Shown here: positions 13,710 through 26,559 of the stretch, one piece after another
Numbering within the stretch: position 1 is the stretch's first letter
How the letters are laid out: every line of letters begins with the position of its first letter
DNA from: Azolla caroliniana
Taxonomy: Eukaryota; Plantae; Polypodiophyta
DNA: 64,000 nt
Direction: 5' to 3'
NCBI GenBank assembly: GCA_043228905.1
Contig: JBHGNT010000003.1
Span: 10,788,001 to 10,852,000 of the forward strand
The notes under the pieces: model-generated
Seen by the model: the letters and a program-made list of their open reading frames with translations, nothing else
What the model was told of the DNA's origin: nothing
The model's database searches: none
Program-made: the position numbers and the translations under genes

Positions 13710-16700
13710 ATGTGGGAGGAAGTCAGTCAGTCCTGTCTTCTATCGACAGACTCTGAGTCTATCCATAGGTAGGTTCTTCATCAGCATGTCGGATCCATTG
13801 TCGTCAGTATGGATCTCCAGCAAGGAAAAGTCTCCTTCTTCAACTCTCTCCAGCAACGAGTGATACGTTCTCTGTATATGCTTGGTCCGGGAGTGGTATG
13901 CAACATTCATGGCAAGATGTATGGCACTCTGACTATCACAGTGAAGCAAGAGCTCCTTTTGCTTCATTCCTAATTTGGTGAGAAAACTTCTCATCCAAAT
14001 TATCTCTTTTCTGGCCTCTACCGCTGCCATGTATTCTGGCTCTATAGTCGACAAGGCTACAGACTTCTGCAGTCGTGACTGCCATGACACTGCTCCCCCC
14101 TGCATGGGTCATCATGTACCCTGACGTGGATCGACTTGATTCGACATCTCCCGACATGTCTAAATCGGTAAAACCTTCTCGCAGAGGTTTTCCGACACCA
14201 TACCTTAGGCACACCCCCGAGGTGCCCTTTAAGTACCTGAGTATCCACTTCAGTGCTGCCTAGTGTTCTCTCCCTAGATTACTCATATATCGGCTTACTG
14301 GTCCTAAAACAAATGTTATATCTGGTCTTGTACAGACCATAGCATACATTAGACTGCCGACGGCCGAGGCATATGGTACCTTCCTCATCTCGGCCTTTTG
14401 CTTCTCCCCTTTCGGGCACTGCTTTGCATTCAATCTGCAATTTGTCGTCAACATTGAGCCGACCGTCTTTGCATCTGACATGTTAAATCTCTCTAGGATC
14501 TTCATCACATGCTTCTACTATGACAACCATAGCACCTTTTGAGTTTTGTCTCGAACTATGTGCATTCCTAAGATCTGTTTAGCCGGTCCAAGGTCTTTCA
14601 TGGCAAATGATTTATTGAGAGCTTTCTTCAAGCTTCCAATCTTCCTTGTATCTTGACCAACAATTAACATGTCATCGACACATAGCAAGAGAATCAAGAA
14701 GTCTCCTTCTTCGTACCTTTTGACGAACACATAGTGATCGGCCAATGTTTTCTGGAACCGGTGTTCCATCATGAAGGACTGGAACTTCTTGTACCATTGG
14801 CGTGGAGCTTGTTTCAGACCGTACAAGCTTTTCCTTAGTCGACACACCAGATTCTCTTTCCCTTTCTCCTCAAAGCCTTTGGGTTGCTGCATGTAGATTT
14901 CTTCTTCTAGCTCCCCGTGTAGAAATGCGGTTTTGACATCCAACTGTTCGATCTCCAGATCCATGCTGGCTGCTATGCTCAGAATAGTTCGGATGGATGT
15001 CATCTTAACGACTAGTACGAATATTTCGTCAAAGTCGACGCCCTTCTTCTATTGGAAACCCTTCACCACTATACGGGCTTTATACCTGGGCTCACTGTCG
15101 GCTTCTCCAGTCTTCACCTTGTAGACCCACTTATTCCTGAGTGCTCTCTTACCTTTCGACAGCTCTACTAGGTCGTAGGTGTAATTCTTGTGCAAGGATT
15201 CCAACTCATCTTGCATCGCGCTAAACCATTTCTCTCTATGCTCATCGACAATGGCTTCTTCGTAGCACTCTGGTTCACCTTCATCAGTCAAGAGGATGTA
15301 TTGACTGACATATGTAGTCGGTGCTTTCCTTTCTCTAAGTGGGTATCTTCTTCCACTCGTTGTTGGATCTCATTCGGATGTCTCTGCCAACTCTTCCCTC
15401 TGCTTGGGATTCTGCTCGTCAATCAGCCTCTCTTGGTTGGACAACTCCAACATATATTCATCAATTGACCTTTGCAGCTCTGCCGACTCTGACTCGTAGT
15501 CAGTCGGTTTCTCCGAGTCTATCGACTCAGATTCGGCTCTATCGGCCAACTGTTGGTGACGACACACTTGACCTTAAGTCGATGGTAGCCGAAGTAGACT
15601 AGGGAGTCGATTCTAACTTTTGTTGCTTCCAGTCTTCAATCGCCTTATCTTCTAAAAAGACTACATCCCGAGTTCTCACTACCTTCTTGTCAACTAGGTC
15701 CCATAGCCTATATCCGAACTCATCTTCTGAGTATCCCATGAATATGCATGCTTTCGACTTACTGCCGAGCTTTGAGCTCTGATCTTTCAGTACATGTATA
15801 TACCCCAAACATCCGAACACCCTTAGGTGTTGGTAGGAGACATCCTTCCCTGTCCACACTCTCTGTGGGACATCGCCCTTTAATGGTACTGAGGGAGACC
15901 TGTTGATCAGATAAACAACTGTGTACATCTCCTCAACCCAATAGGATTTCGGCGGTTTCGCATGAGAGAGCATGCTCCTTACCCTCTCCATGATCGTTCG
16001 ATTCATCCTCTCTGCAAGCCCGTTCACCTCTGGGGTCTTTGGCACTGTGTATTCGATCTGAATACCTTGGCTCTTGCAGTATTCTTCGAACTGTCCTTTG
16101 TACTCCCCAACGTTGTCGGTTCGGACAACCTTCAACTTCCGACCCGACTCTCTTTTGGCTCTTGCCTGGAACTCCTTGAAAACCAACGGTACTTGATCCT
16201 TCGTCTTCAGTACGAAGGCCCATGTCTTCTGACTATGGTCGTCAATGAATGTCACAAAGTACTGTCCACCTCGATGCGATGGAGCGTCCACATAGCACAC
16301 GTCCGTGTTTACCAGTTCCAGTGGCACTTCTCTTCTCCTCGGTGGTCTTGTGTGGAATGCTACCCTATTCTGCTTTCCGACTAAGCAGTCGACGCACTTC
16401 TCCAGGTGCACTCCCTTGACTTCTGGTAGAAGTTTCTTGTCTGCTAGCAGGTGCATTCCCTTCTCACTCATGTGGATTAGCCTCTTATGTCATATTTCTC
16501 CTGCCGAGTCGGCGACCACATTTACTTCCGATTTGCACAGTCAGGCATGCATCATATATAATGTGCCTTCTTTCTGTGCTCGGGCCACTATAAGATTTCC
16601 TCGACAGAACTTCCACTTGCCATTTCGAAAGCTACCACTATAGCCTTCATTATCTAACCTTCTAGTCAATATCAGATTCAATATGATATCAGGGACGTGT

Positions 16701-17772
16701 CGAACATCCTTTAGAGTCAATCAACACCCTGTCGATGTTGCAAACACTTCCGATTCCGGTTACCCTGAACTCTCCAATGTCGCCCATCTTTACATAGCCA
16801 TGATCCCCGGCTATATAAGTTGAGAAATACTCTCTCGACGGAGTTATGTGGAACGATGCCCCAGAATCAATCACCCACGTGCAACCTTCACTTGCAAGAT
16901 TTGCACTTGTCTGTTCACAAATGAATAGGAGTTCTTCATTGCTCGTAGCAATGGCCGAAGTGTTCTTCTCATCAGGAATCTTCTTGGGTTTGACAGTATT
17001 TCCGACACTCTTATATTTCTTTAAGTGTCGACAGTCCTTCTGGAAGTGTCCAAGATTTCCACAATAAAAGCACATGGGCTTACCTCTGGACTTTGATTTG
17101 GTGTGGGATTTGTCCGTTCGTTGCGGACTTCTTCTTCGCCGGTCTCTTCCTCTGTCCATATGTTGAGTCAGATTCGACTCCAATTGGGACATGACTCCTT
17201 TGTCTTTCCTCCTTGCCTCCTCATTTAGGATGCTTGTCTTCACCGTCTTAAAGACAAGTTCTCTTCTTAAGAGGAGGTGCTGAGAGTAACCACCAGGTTC
17301 TCCTAACTATCCGGCAATGTGCACATCAGCAGGATGGCCTGCATTGCATCATCCAAGGGAAACTTGGTCGCAACAAGTTGATTTACATACCCCATGAATG
17401 ATCTGATGTGTTCGACGATGCTCTCACCATCTCTGTATTTCAACCGTACGATTTTTCTCATCAACGAGGTTTTATTGAGCGCGTTCTTACTCTCATACAG
17501 ACTCGACAACTTCTGCCACATCTCGTGAGCATTTGTGTCGTTCGCCACATGTTGAAGGACACTTACATCGACACATTGTCGGATAGTGGCCACCACCTTT
17601 CTATTCAGAAGCTTCCAGTTCGACTCCAATACCCCCCGGGTATTTCTGCTCTTTTGACTGGCTCAAATAGGTCTTTGACTATGAGAAGGTCTTTTATCTT
17701 GATCTTCCAGTCTGCATAGTTCTGTGAGTTGAGAACTATCATACCTAGCAAATTGCTCACACCTCCTTCCAT
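13710..17772 (-). pseudogene. copia gag-pol of C, disrupted
   Basis: ATG at 17772 (MEGGVSNLLGMIVLNSQNYADWK), CFYCGNLGHFQKDC, WVIDSGASFH, TDVC..FIDDHS..NGLAERMN, QLDVKTAFLHG..LCVDDM, HCDSQSAIHLA. Confidence 0.93.
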
Positions 17773-18076
17773 GCTTGCACCTCAAGCTCTGATACCAGTT
17801 TGTTGAGTAATCGTTCGGTCATATCGCAATAAACGAGCTGTGCTGAAATACAAATCACACTAGTATCCTAGAGAGAGAGACAAGATAAACAATAGTGCAC
17901 AGAGATTTACGTGGAAACCCTAAAACGGGAGAAAACCACGGAGAATAGAACTTTAGTATGTATAGTAGATATACAACAGAGGGTATGTCACAGGACTCTT
18001 TTGAGTGTATCAGCGACGTAGGGCTCTTGGCGTCTACTGTTACGTACACAACTATGGCGCCACACACACACACACA

Positions 18077-18124
<48 letters not shown>

Positions 18125-18462
18125 CTCACACTCTTACGCTACTTCAGTTCTGCTCACTTTTTTTTTTTCACTCACGTTTTGTCCTAAGTGTATTTATACT
18201 TATACACTGTATGGGCTATTTACAAATGTAGCCTCTGCTACGTATCATTATTATTATTGCTATAATAATAATAGTCGAACTATCAAATAGTCGACTCACT
18301 GTTTTCGACTCTTCGATTATCGGTTTTTTGAACAGTCGGATCTTCCTTGTCTTCGACTGTCGGCACTCCTGGGTCTGATCAGTAGGCTCCTTGTAGTCAT
18401 CGACTGTCAGCAACTTTTGGACAGTTGGTTCCTCCTCCCACTGGAGGGACATATTCCCAACA

Positions 18463-19628
18463 ATGGATACATATGGCTATAAAACATGACATTTAGACTT
18501 TATGTCTAAGTGCACTTCAGGGTCCTTGTAATAGGACTTAAAGAGTCGAAACCACATGGGTGGACACAGAGGCATAGTTTATTATTAACATTTTTTCGTG
18601 GATAAAGTATTCATGATGCAAATATACAGGGTTGAGCCTCGGGAGCCGCCATGAAACAATCAATATAGAGATTAGGGAAAGACATTCATTTGTCACCCCC
18701 ATGGTTTTTAAAACACCTTTGTGTTACCATAGTAACTTGACCTTGAACCTCATCTCATACGTCTAAAGGGGAATTGACATGAGATTATGATATCGATTAA
18801 TGTTTGCCCATGATATGTTTACATCACGACATGATGTTAGGACTATTTGTCTAAGCTTATCCTATTTCTGTGCCAGAAATTATCATTCAATTGCTCGTAA
18901 TAACAACCCGATGACATTTGCCCAAGTGGAAGGAATCAAGGAAATCCTCCTCGGCCATTCCCCATTGAGTCGTATTTTTTACAAAAACAAAATTTCCTTA
19001 ATTCTACCTTGCATGAGATTTCCGAACATCGGCAATCTCATAGTGCTCTCGAAGCATGTGTCATTAGTATCCAACATGATACTAATAGACGATGAACGTA
19101 AAGGGGAACCATCATTTGTCGTAAAGCCATTTACGGGAGAGAAAAATGAAAGAACCGAAGAAGCAATCTACATGTGGCTGGGCCGATGGGAGTCTCATTT
19201 TGAGCTCTATCCCAAGCCAAATAGGATGAAGATTGCTTACATCGGTCGAGAACTAAGGGGTAAGGCCACCTCCTGGTGGCGTGGGCTCCGTACTATAGGG
19301 AAATTGCTAGATACCTGGACAGACATTGTCAAGGTTTTCAAGGGTCAATTTTTGCAACCTCCATCTCGAACCGAGGCAACACAAGCTTTAATGAACCTCT
19401 CTAGTTGGAAATTTTCCTCACTAAAGACTATGTTCACCATGCTAGAACCCAAATCCAAAAATCGGGTCTAGAAGGGGACAATTGGTTAATAACTTGTTTT
19501 ATCAATGGCATCCCTAATTCGGACTATCACTAGATTGTGCACAATAAGGATCCAAAATCCTTCGAAGAGGTCGTTGAAATAGTTCTTCGTTATCAACGCA
19601 CTTCGAAGAAGGACCATAACAAACCTGA
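18463..19628 (+). mobile_element. Old chromovirus-type gypsy D0, left part (5' leader and gag)
   Basis: Gag-like KPFTGEK..WLGRWESHF..KIAYIGRELRGKATSWW..WTDIVKVFKGQF. Homologous to the rc of 46790-47540 in D. Continues at 49185 after TSD CCTGA. Confidence 0.85.
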
Positions 19629-19842
19629 TGTTAGAGTTATGATCTAACATAAGCATATGATAAGGATATAAGAGAGCGAGAGAAAAAAGGGTGTCGATCC
19701 ACCTGACCACCCCCGAGCGAAGGGATCGAGATGGACTCGAGCCTCAATCGGCGTCCCATACCACCGCTATGGCGTCGAGTCGTACCTGGTGCTGGTGCGC
19801 TCGGTACAAGACTTGACCCACCACAAAACAAAGACACGACGT

Positions 19843-20449
19843 TGTTGGGATTTCGGTCCCTCCGGATGGGATGTCCGGAGATGAATGACGGCAAGCCCGG
19901 TTGCGGTTACGGAGCCGGATGATGAATACCCCGGTTACGGAGCCGGATGATGAAGACCCCGGTTACGGAGCCGGATGATGAAGACCCCGGTTACGGAGCC
20001 GGATGACGAATGTACCCGGAGAGAGATCCGGATGCGGGGACATATTTGTGAATATGTTTGCCAAGAGCCCTTGAGGCTATATTTGTAAATAGCCCGAAAG
20101 TCATATGTGTATAAATATGACTTAGGGCAAACAGTTTATGTTGTTGCTCATTTTATGCGAAAAGAGAGCAGCCGAGAGAGAGAGACGAAGAGGTCGTTGC
20201 CTCTGTGTATTACCGCCGCCTGTGGCGAAGACAGTGAGCTCAAGGTTGTTGCCTTGTAGCCTCATTAGTGTACATCCCTGTTCATAGTGATAGTTGGAGT
20301 TTGAGGACTCCCGTGGTTTTTTCCCATTTAGGGTTTTCCACGTAAAACATCCAGTGTACCTTTCTCTCTCTATTGTCCCTGTGCACTGTGTATTTCCCGT
20401 TTTCTGTGAGTTGATCCTATTCCTCGGTTGTGGCCGAGCACTGCGTTCC
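19843..20449 (+). mobile_element. Solo copia LTR H (related to LTRs of I), 3' end slightly truncated
   Basis: Starts tgttgggatttcggtccctccggatggga like 25469; shares aggctatatttgtaaatagccc and ttagggttttccac. Confidence 0.85.
19904..20012. repeat. 28-bp tandem repeat x~4 in LTR H
   Basis: Unit ccccggttacggagccggatgatgaaga. Confidence 0.92.
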
Positions 20450-21241
20450 ATAAGCATATGATAAGGATATAAGAGAGCGAGAGAAAGAAGGGTGTCGATC
20501 CACCTGACCACCCCCGAGCGAAGGGATCGAGATGGACTCGAGCCTCAATCGGCGTCCCATACCACCGCTATGGCGTCGAGTCGTACCTGGTGCTGGTGCG
20601 CTCGGTACAAGACTTGACCCACCACAAAACAAAGACACGAAGTAGTATAGATATGATGAAATGAGAGTACCTAGGCCTCATATTTATAGCTATTGGGAAT
20701 TCGGTCCCTTCGAATGGGATCTAAATGAGAACTGGAGGAGCCGGATCTAGAAGGGTTCCGGATGAGACCCGGAAATTGGATCGAGTGAATATGTTTCATG
20801 GTGAGCCCATCGAGGCTATATTTGTAAATAGCCCTAAAGTCATATAAGTATAAATATGAATTAGGGCAATCACTGAATTGTGTGTTGTAAATTGTTGTAT
20901 ATAGAGAGTGAGTGAGAGAGAGAGATATATATAGAATTGATTTCTGTTGTAACTACCCGTTGGCGAAGATACAGAGCTCGAGGTCATTTCCTCTGAGTCT
21001 CTGATTGTACCTTTCTCATATCGTGATAGTTTGGAGTCTGTGGGCTCCCGTCGTTTTTCCCATTTAGGGTTTTCCATGTAAACATCCTGTGTTCTCTATC
21101 ATTGTTTGTGTGTGTACGTGCGTTCACTTCCCACTTCCCATTTCTATGTTTGACTCTCATCGAAGTGATTCAAGACTCGGTTGTGGACGAGCAATATTCT
21201 GCGCTATTTCCTTCAAACTGGTATCAGAGCGAACAAAGGAA

Positions 21242-24200
21242 ATGGAAGAATCATGCGGCGGCATGTTCAAGCTCACCAGCTCCAACCACCCAGTGCGGAA
21301 GTCGAAGATGAGGGACATGCTCATGGTCAAAGATCTCTGGCTGTCGGTACAATTCGGGGACAAGAAACCGGATAAGATCGATGCCATGACATGGGAGGTG
21401 ATGCACATGAAGACAACGACATACATTCGACGCTTCATCGACATGGGCCTGTACAACAACTTCAATGAAGAAAGTAAGGCTCATGTGCTCTAGGAAAAAA
21501 TCGGCACCATGCTGGAGAGTAAAAATGCTGTAAATCGGGTTTCGGTATTCCGGAAGTTAGTGAGACTCCGGTACCAGGACAGATCTAGCATGGCGGAGCA
21601 CATGAACGCATTTCAGGGGCTCATAAACCAAAAAACTTTGCTCGAAGTACCTCTAGCTAATTAGGTACTTGCATTGCTCCTGCTTGGCTCCCTCTCGGAT
21701 AGTTGGGAGACGCTAGTTGTCACTTTGACCAACGTCGGCCGGAAGGAAAGCAGTTGTCCCTAACAAGGGTAAAATCAAGCTTGCTAGATGAAGAAGCTCG
21801 CCGGAAGGACTAGGAGTCCACAACCAATCTGAAGGCCTTGGTCACGGAAGATGACCATAACCGGGGAAGAGGCTGGTATCAGAGTCCCCAAAACTGGGAC
21901 AAATCGGGGACGAGATCGAAGTCAAGAGGGAGACCTACTTGCTTCTATTGTGGGAAGCTAGGGCACTTCTAGAAAAATTGTCGGCATTTCCGGAAAGAGA
22001 AAGGAACCGACAGTGCCGATTCGAAGAAGGGTTCAGACCGGAACGGTTTGGACCATAAGGGCTCGAATAAGAAGGGAACATTGGCGATCACGACAATTGA
22101 AGAAGAACTGATGCTCATTACCGAGGAGAATGAATTAAACCTTGTTGGCGACGAGACAACATGGGTTGTCGATTCTGGAGCATCGTTCCATCTGACACCG
22201 GACCAGAAATGCTTCTCATCCTACATAGGCGGAGATCACGGTTGTGTCCGGATGGGGAATGAAGGTACATGCTGAATTGTTGGCATAGGAGATGTGTTGT
22301 TGACGATATCAACCGGATGCAAATTGCTGCTGAAAGAAGACTGACACGTTCCGGAGGTTTGGTTGAACCTGATATCAGCCGGTCGACTACATGATGAAGG
22401 CTACACGGGTAGCATCTGGATTGGAGTCATGAAATTCAGCAAATGAAGCTTGATCGTGGCTCGAGCCTGGAAGATCAACACATTGTACCTAATGCATGAC
22501 CGGATATGCCGGGAAGAAGTGAATGTAGCATCCGACACTACCGGTGAGCTGTGGCACAAGAGACTGTGTCATATGAGCCAGAAGGGTATGAGAAGACTTG
22601 CCGAAGAAAACCTCATTCCGGAGGTGAAAGACGTGCATATTGAGAAGTGCACTAATTGCTTGGCCGGAAAGCAAAACCAAACCTCCTTCCAGTCAAGACC
22701 ACCGATGAGATGGAATGCACCATTGGAGCTGGTGTAGACTGATGTGTGTCAAGTGGACACGAAGTCACATGCCAGATCACAGTACTTCGTGACGTTCATA
22801 GATGACCACAACCAGAAGTTGTGGGCCTCACCGTTGAAGACAAAGGATTAGGTGCAGTCCATCTTCAAGGAGCTCCACGCGAGAGTGGAAAGAAAAATTG
22901 GTCGGAAGCTGAAGGAGGTTTGAACAGATAACGGAGGAGAATACCATGGGCAATTCGAGGAGTATTGCCAGTCGAAGGGAATCCGGCTCAAAGTCACCAT
23001 GCCGAAGATGCCGGAATTGAATGGGATGGCCGAGCGGATGAACCAGACTGTGATGGAGAGAGTCTGGAGCATGCTGGCACATGCAAAGCTACCCACCATG
23101 CCGAAGATGCCGGAATTGAATGGGATGGCCGAGCGGATGAACCAGACTGTGATGGAGAGAGTCTGGAGCATGCTGGCACATGCAAAGCTACCCACCATGC
23201 CGAAGATGCCGGAATTGAATGGGATGGCCGAGCGGATGAACCAGACTGTGATGGAGAGAGTCTGGAGCATGCTGGCACATGCAAAGCTACCCATCACATT
23301 TTGGGCTGAGGCGATGATGACGACGACGTATGTGATAAATAGATCAGCCTCAGCACCCTTGGACGGAGACACACCACAGAGAGTATGGAACGGCATCTAA
23401 AGGTGTTCGGGTGTCTCGCATATGTGCATGTTGCAAAGGACACGGGAGCAAAGCTAGATCCGAAGTCCAGGCTATGCATATTCCTTGGATACGGTGATGA
23501 TGAGTTCAATTACCTTGTGTGGGATCTGGTCGACAAGAAGGTGTTCCGGAGTCAGGATATAGTCTTCATGGAAGACAAGACCATTGCCGACTGGGAGTTG
23601 GAGAAGAAGGTGATGAACTCCGGATCATCCAATGAAAACCAGCTTGAGGAAACAAGGACTTACCCGATTGAAAACTGAAAGTTAGCCGGTAACAGATTGA
23701 CACTCGATGAACTGGCCGGATTCGGACAAGAAACCGAACTGACTGAAGAAGAAGAAGAAGAAGAAGGAGACACTGGAACCAAACAAGACCCTAAATCAGA
23801 TTCGGATGAAGAACAAATGGAGGAACCGGTAGTTGAAGGCCAAAGATGGAGATACCCTCTCAGGGAGAGAAGAGCCCCCCGGAGATTTCCGGATGCTGAG
23901 CACGTATTGTTGACCAATGAAGGGGAGCCGGAAAGCTTCGAAGAAGCAAAGAAAGACACGCAAAGCCGCAAGTGGTTGAGTGCCATGCAGGACGAGATGG
24001 ATTCCCTGCATGAGAACCACACATATGAATTGACGGAGCTACCGAAAGGAAAGAGAGCACTCGGGAATAAGTGGGTCTACAAGTTGAAACCGGGAGACGC
24101 CGGAAATCCACCAAGGTACAAGGCCCGGATCGTGGTGAAGGGTTTCCAACAGAAGAAAGTTGTGGATTTCGATGAGATCTATGCCCCGATAGTAAAGATG

Positions 24201-25458
24201 ACATCCATCCGGACGATATTGAGCATAGCGGCAAGCATGCAGCTCGAGGTAGAGCAACTGGACGTCAATATGGCATTCCTACATGGAGACCTCGAAGAAG
24301 AGATCTACATGCATCAACCGGAAGGATTTGAGAGCAAAGGGAAGGAGCACCCCCGGGCTAAAGAAGAGCTTATACGGATTGGAGCAAGTCCCCCGGCAAT
24401 GGTACAAGAAGTTCGACTCCTTCATGATGGATCAAGGGTACCACAAGACGCAAGCCGATCACTGCGTGTTTGTGAAGAAATTTGACGGAGGAGATTTCCT
24501 GATATTGCTCCTGTACGTGGACTACATGTTGATCGTCGAACCAAACCAAGTCAAGATACGAATGCTGAAGAAGGCCCTAAACAGGACCTTCTCAATGAAA
24601 GACTTGGGTCCGACAAGACGGATTTTGGGGATGCACATCATCCGGGACTGGTGGGAGAAGCTGTTGTAGTTGTCACAGGAAAAGTACGTGACAAAGGTGC
24701 TTCAACGGTTCAACATGTCGGAGGCAAAACCGGTCGGATCGACACTTCCGACAAATTGCAAGTTGTCCAGAAAGTAGAGCCCAAAGAGAAAGGTAGAGAA
24801 GTCAGATATGATGAAGATACCATATGCCTCTGTCGTAGGAAGTCTAATGTATGCAATAGTGTGCACTCGGCCGGATATCGGATATGCAGTCGGAGTGGTG
24901 AGTCAGTTCTTGAGCAATCCCGGAAAAGAGCACTAGAATGCGGTCAAGTGGATACTCCAAGATCTGAAAGGCACCTTGAGTATGTGCCTTCGGTTTGGCT
25001 CCGGTAAACCCCAGCTTGACAAATTCACAGATTCGGATATGTCGACTGATGCGGATACCAACCAGTCTACATCCAGATATGTCATGACTTATGCAAGGGG
25101 AGCTGTATCATGGAAATCGAGACTGCAAAAGTCCATTGCACTGTCCACAATGAAAGAAGAGTATATGGCAGATGTGGAAGCCGGCAAGGAGAGAATCTGG
25201 ACGAAGGACTTCTGGCTCTACTATGACAGTCAAAGTGCCATCCACCTTGCGAAGAATACGTCCTACCATTCCCAGACAAAGCACATCCAACGGAGGTATC
25301 ACTGGATCCGGGAGAGAGTAGAAGATCAAGACTTCATGCTGACGAAGATCCACACAAAGGAGAACAGATCATATATGTTGACCAAGGTGCTATCAGCTGA
25401 CAAACTGGACATGTGCCGGAAATGGATAAGATTAACAAGAAATCCTATTCCGGAATGA
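21242..25458 (+). pseudogene. copia gag-pol of I, disrupted
   Basis: MEESCGGMFKLTSSN, WVVDSGASFH, LWHKRLCH, NGMAERMN, KWVYKLK..RYKARIVVKGF..QLDVNMAFLHG, LLYVDYM, DSQSAIHLAKN. Confidence 0.92.
22995..23293 (+). repeat. Perfect 99-bp tandem triplication in the integrase core of I
   Basis: MPKMPELNGMAERMNQTVMERVWSMLAHAKLP repeated three times; unit starts at 22995, 23094, 23193. Confidence 0.97.
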
Positions 25459-26559
25459 AGGGGGAGTTTGTTGGGAATTCGGTCCCTCCGGATGGGATCC
25501 GGAGGAGACGGATCGAACGAGCTGGATGAAGGAACCGGATCCGGAAGGGTTCCGGATGAGACCCAGAAACCGGATCAAGTTAATCCAGATGGATCCGGTG
25601 CAAATCGGATCCAAGAACATATGTGTAAATATGTTTCATGGTGAGCCCATCGAGGCTATATTTGTAAATAGCCCTAAAGTCATATAAGTATAAATATGAA
25701 TTAGGGCAATCACTGAACTGTGCGTTGTAAATTGTTGTATATAGAGAGTGAGTGAGAGAGAGAGATATAGAACTGATTTCTGTTGTAACCGCCCGCTGGC
25801 AAAGATACAAAGCTCGAGGTCGTTGCCTCCGAGTCTCTGATTGTACCTTTCTCATATAGTGATAGTTTGGAGTCTGTGGGCTCCCGTCGTTTTTCCAATT
25901 TAGGGTTTCCCACATAAACATCCTGTGTTCTCTATTGTTGTTTTTGTGTGTGTACGTGCATTCACTCCCCACTTCCCATTTCTATGTTTGACTCTCATCG
26001 AAGTGATTCAAGACTCGGTTGTGGACGAGCAATATTCTGCGCTATTTCCTTCAAACTGGTATCAGAGCGAACAAAGGAAATGGAAGAATCATTCGGCGGC
26101 ATGTTCAAGCTCACCGGCTCCAACCACCCAGTGTGGAAGTCGAAGATGAGAGACATGCTCATGGTCAAAGATCTCTAGCTGCCGGTACAGTTTGGGGACC
26201 AGAAACTGGATAAGATCGATGCCATGACATGGGAGGTGATGCACATGAAGACAATGGCATACATCCGACGCTTCATCGACATGGACCTGTACAACAACTT
26301 CAATGAAGAAATTAAGGCTCATGTGCAATATTCCGGTTATTGTGGATGAGCAATATTCCACGCTATTTCCTTCAATAGAGATACCCAAGGCCCCCATGCT
26401 AGTTCACACTTGGCCTAATGGGTTGTCTCAATCCTGAGGATTAAAAGTAATCCTCCCCTTCTTTACACCCTTGTTTAACCCTCACACTTATCCACGTGTA
26501 TAGAATATTACGGTAAATTCACTCCACGGGATATTAGATGGTCATGCTCGTAACATACT

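Larger units (their letters stand above)
12993..18462 (-). mobile_element. Full-length Tork-like Ty1/copia element C: 5' LTR 17801-18462, 3' LTR ~12993-13693
   Basis: Paired LTRs (tgttgagtaatc...cca aca) with (CA)n(CT)n tracts. PBS rc gctctgatacca at 17786-17797. PPT rc aacttccccttca after 13693. Confidence 0.95.
20691..26374 (+). mobile_element. Tork-like copia element I: LTR1 20691-21215, LTR2 25469-26053, then a second PBS, gag start and an LTR end at 26374
   Basis: PBS tggtatcagagc at 21219 and 26057. PPT gaagggggagtt before 25469. TSD ATAGC/ATAGA (20686-20690, 26375-26379) within D's LTR. Confidence 0.92.

Noticed and set aside
19904-20012. 28-bp repeats as a CRISPR array
   Set aside because: Head-to-tail repeats without spacers, inside a plant LTR, with no cas genes.
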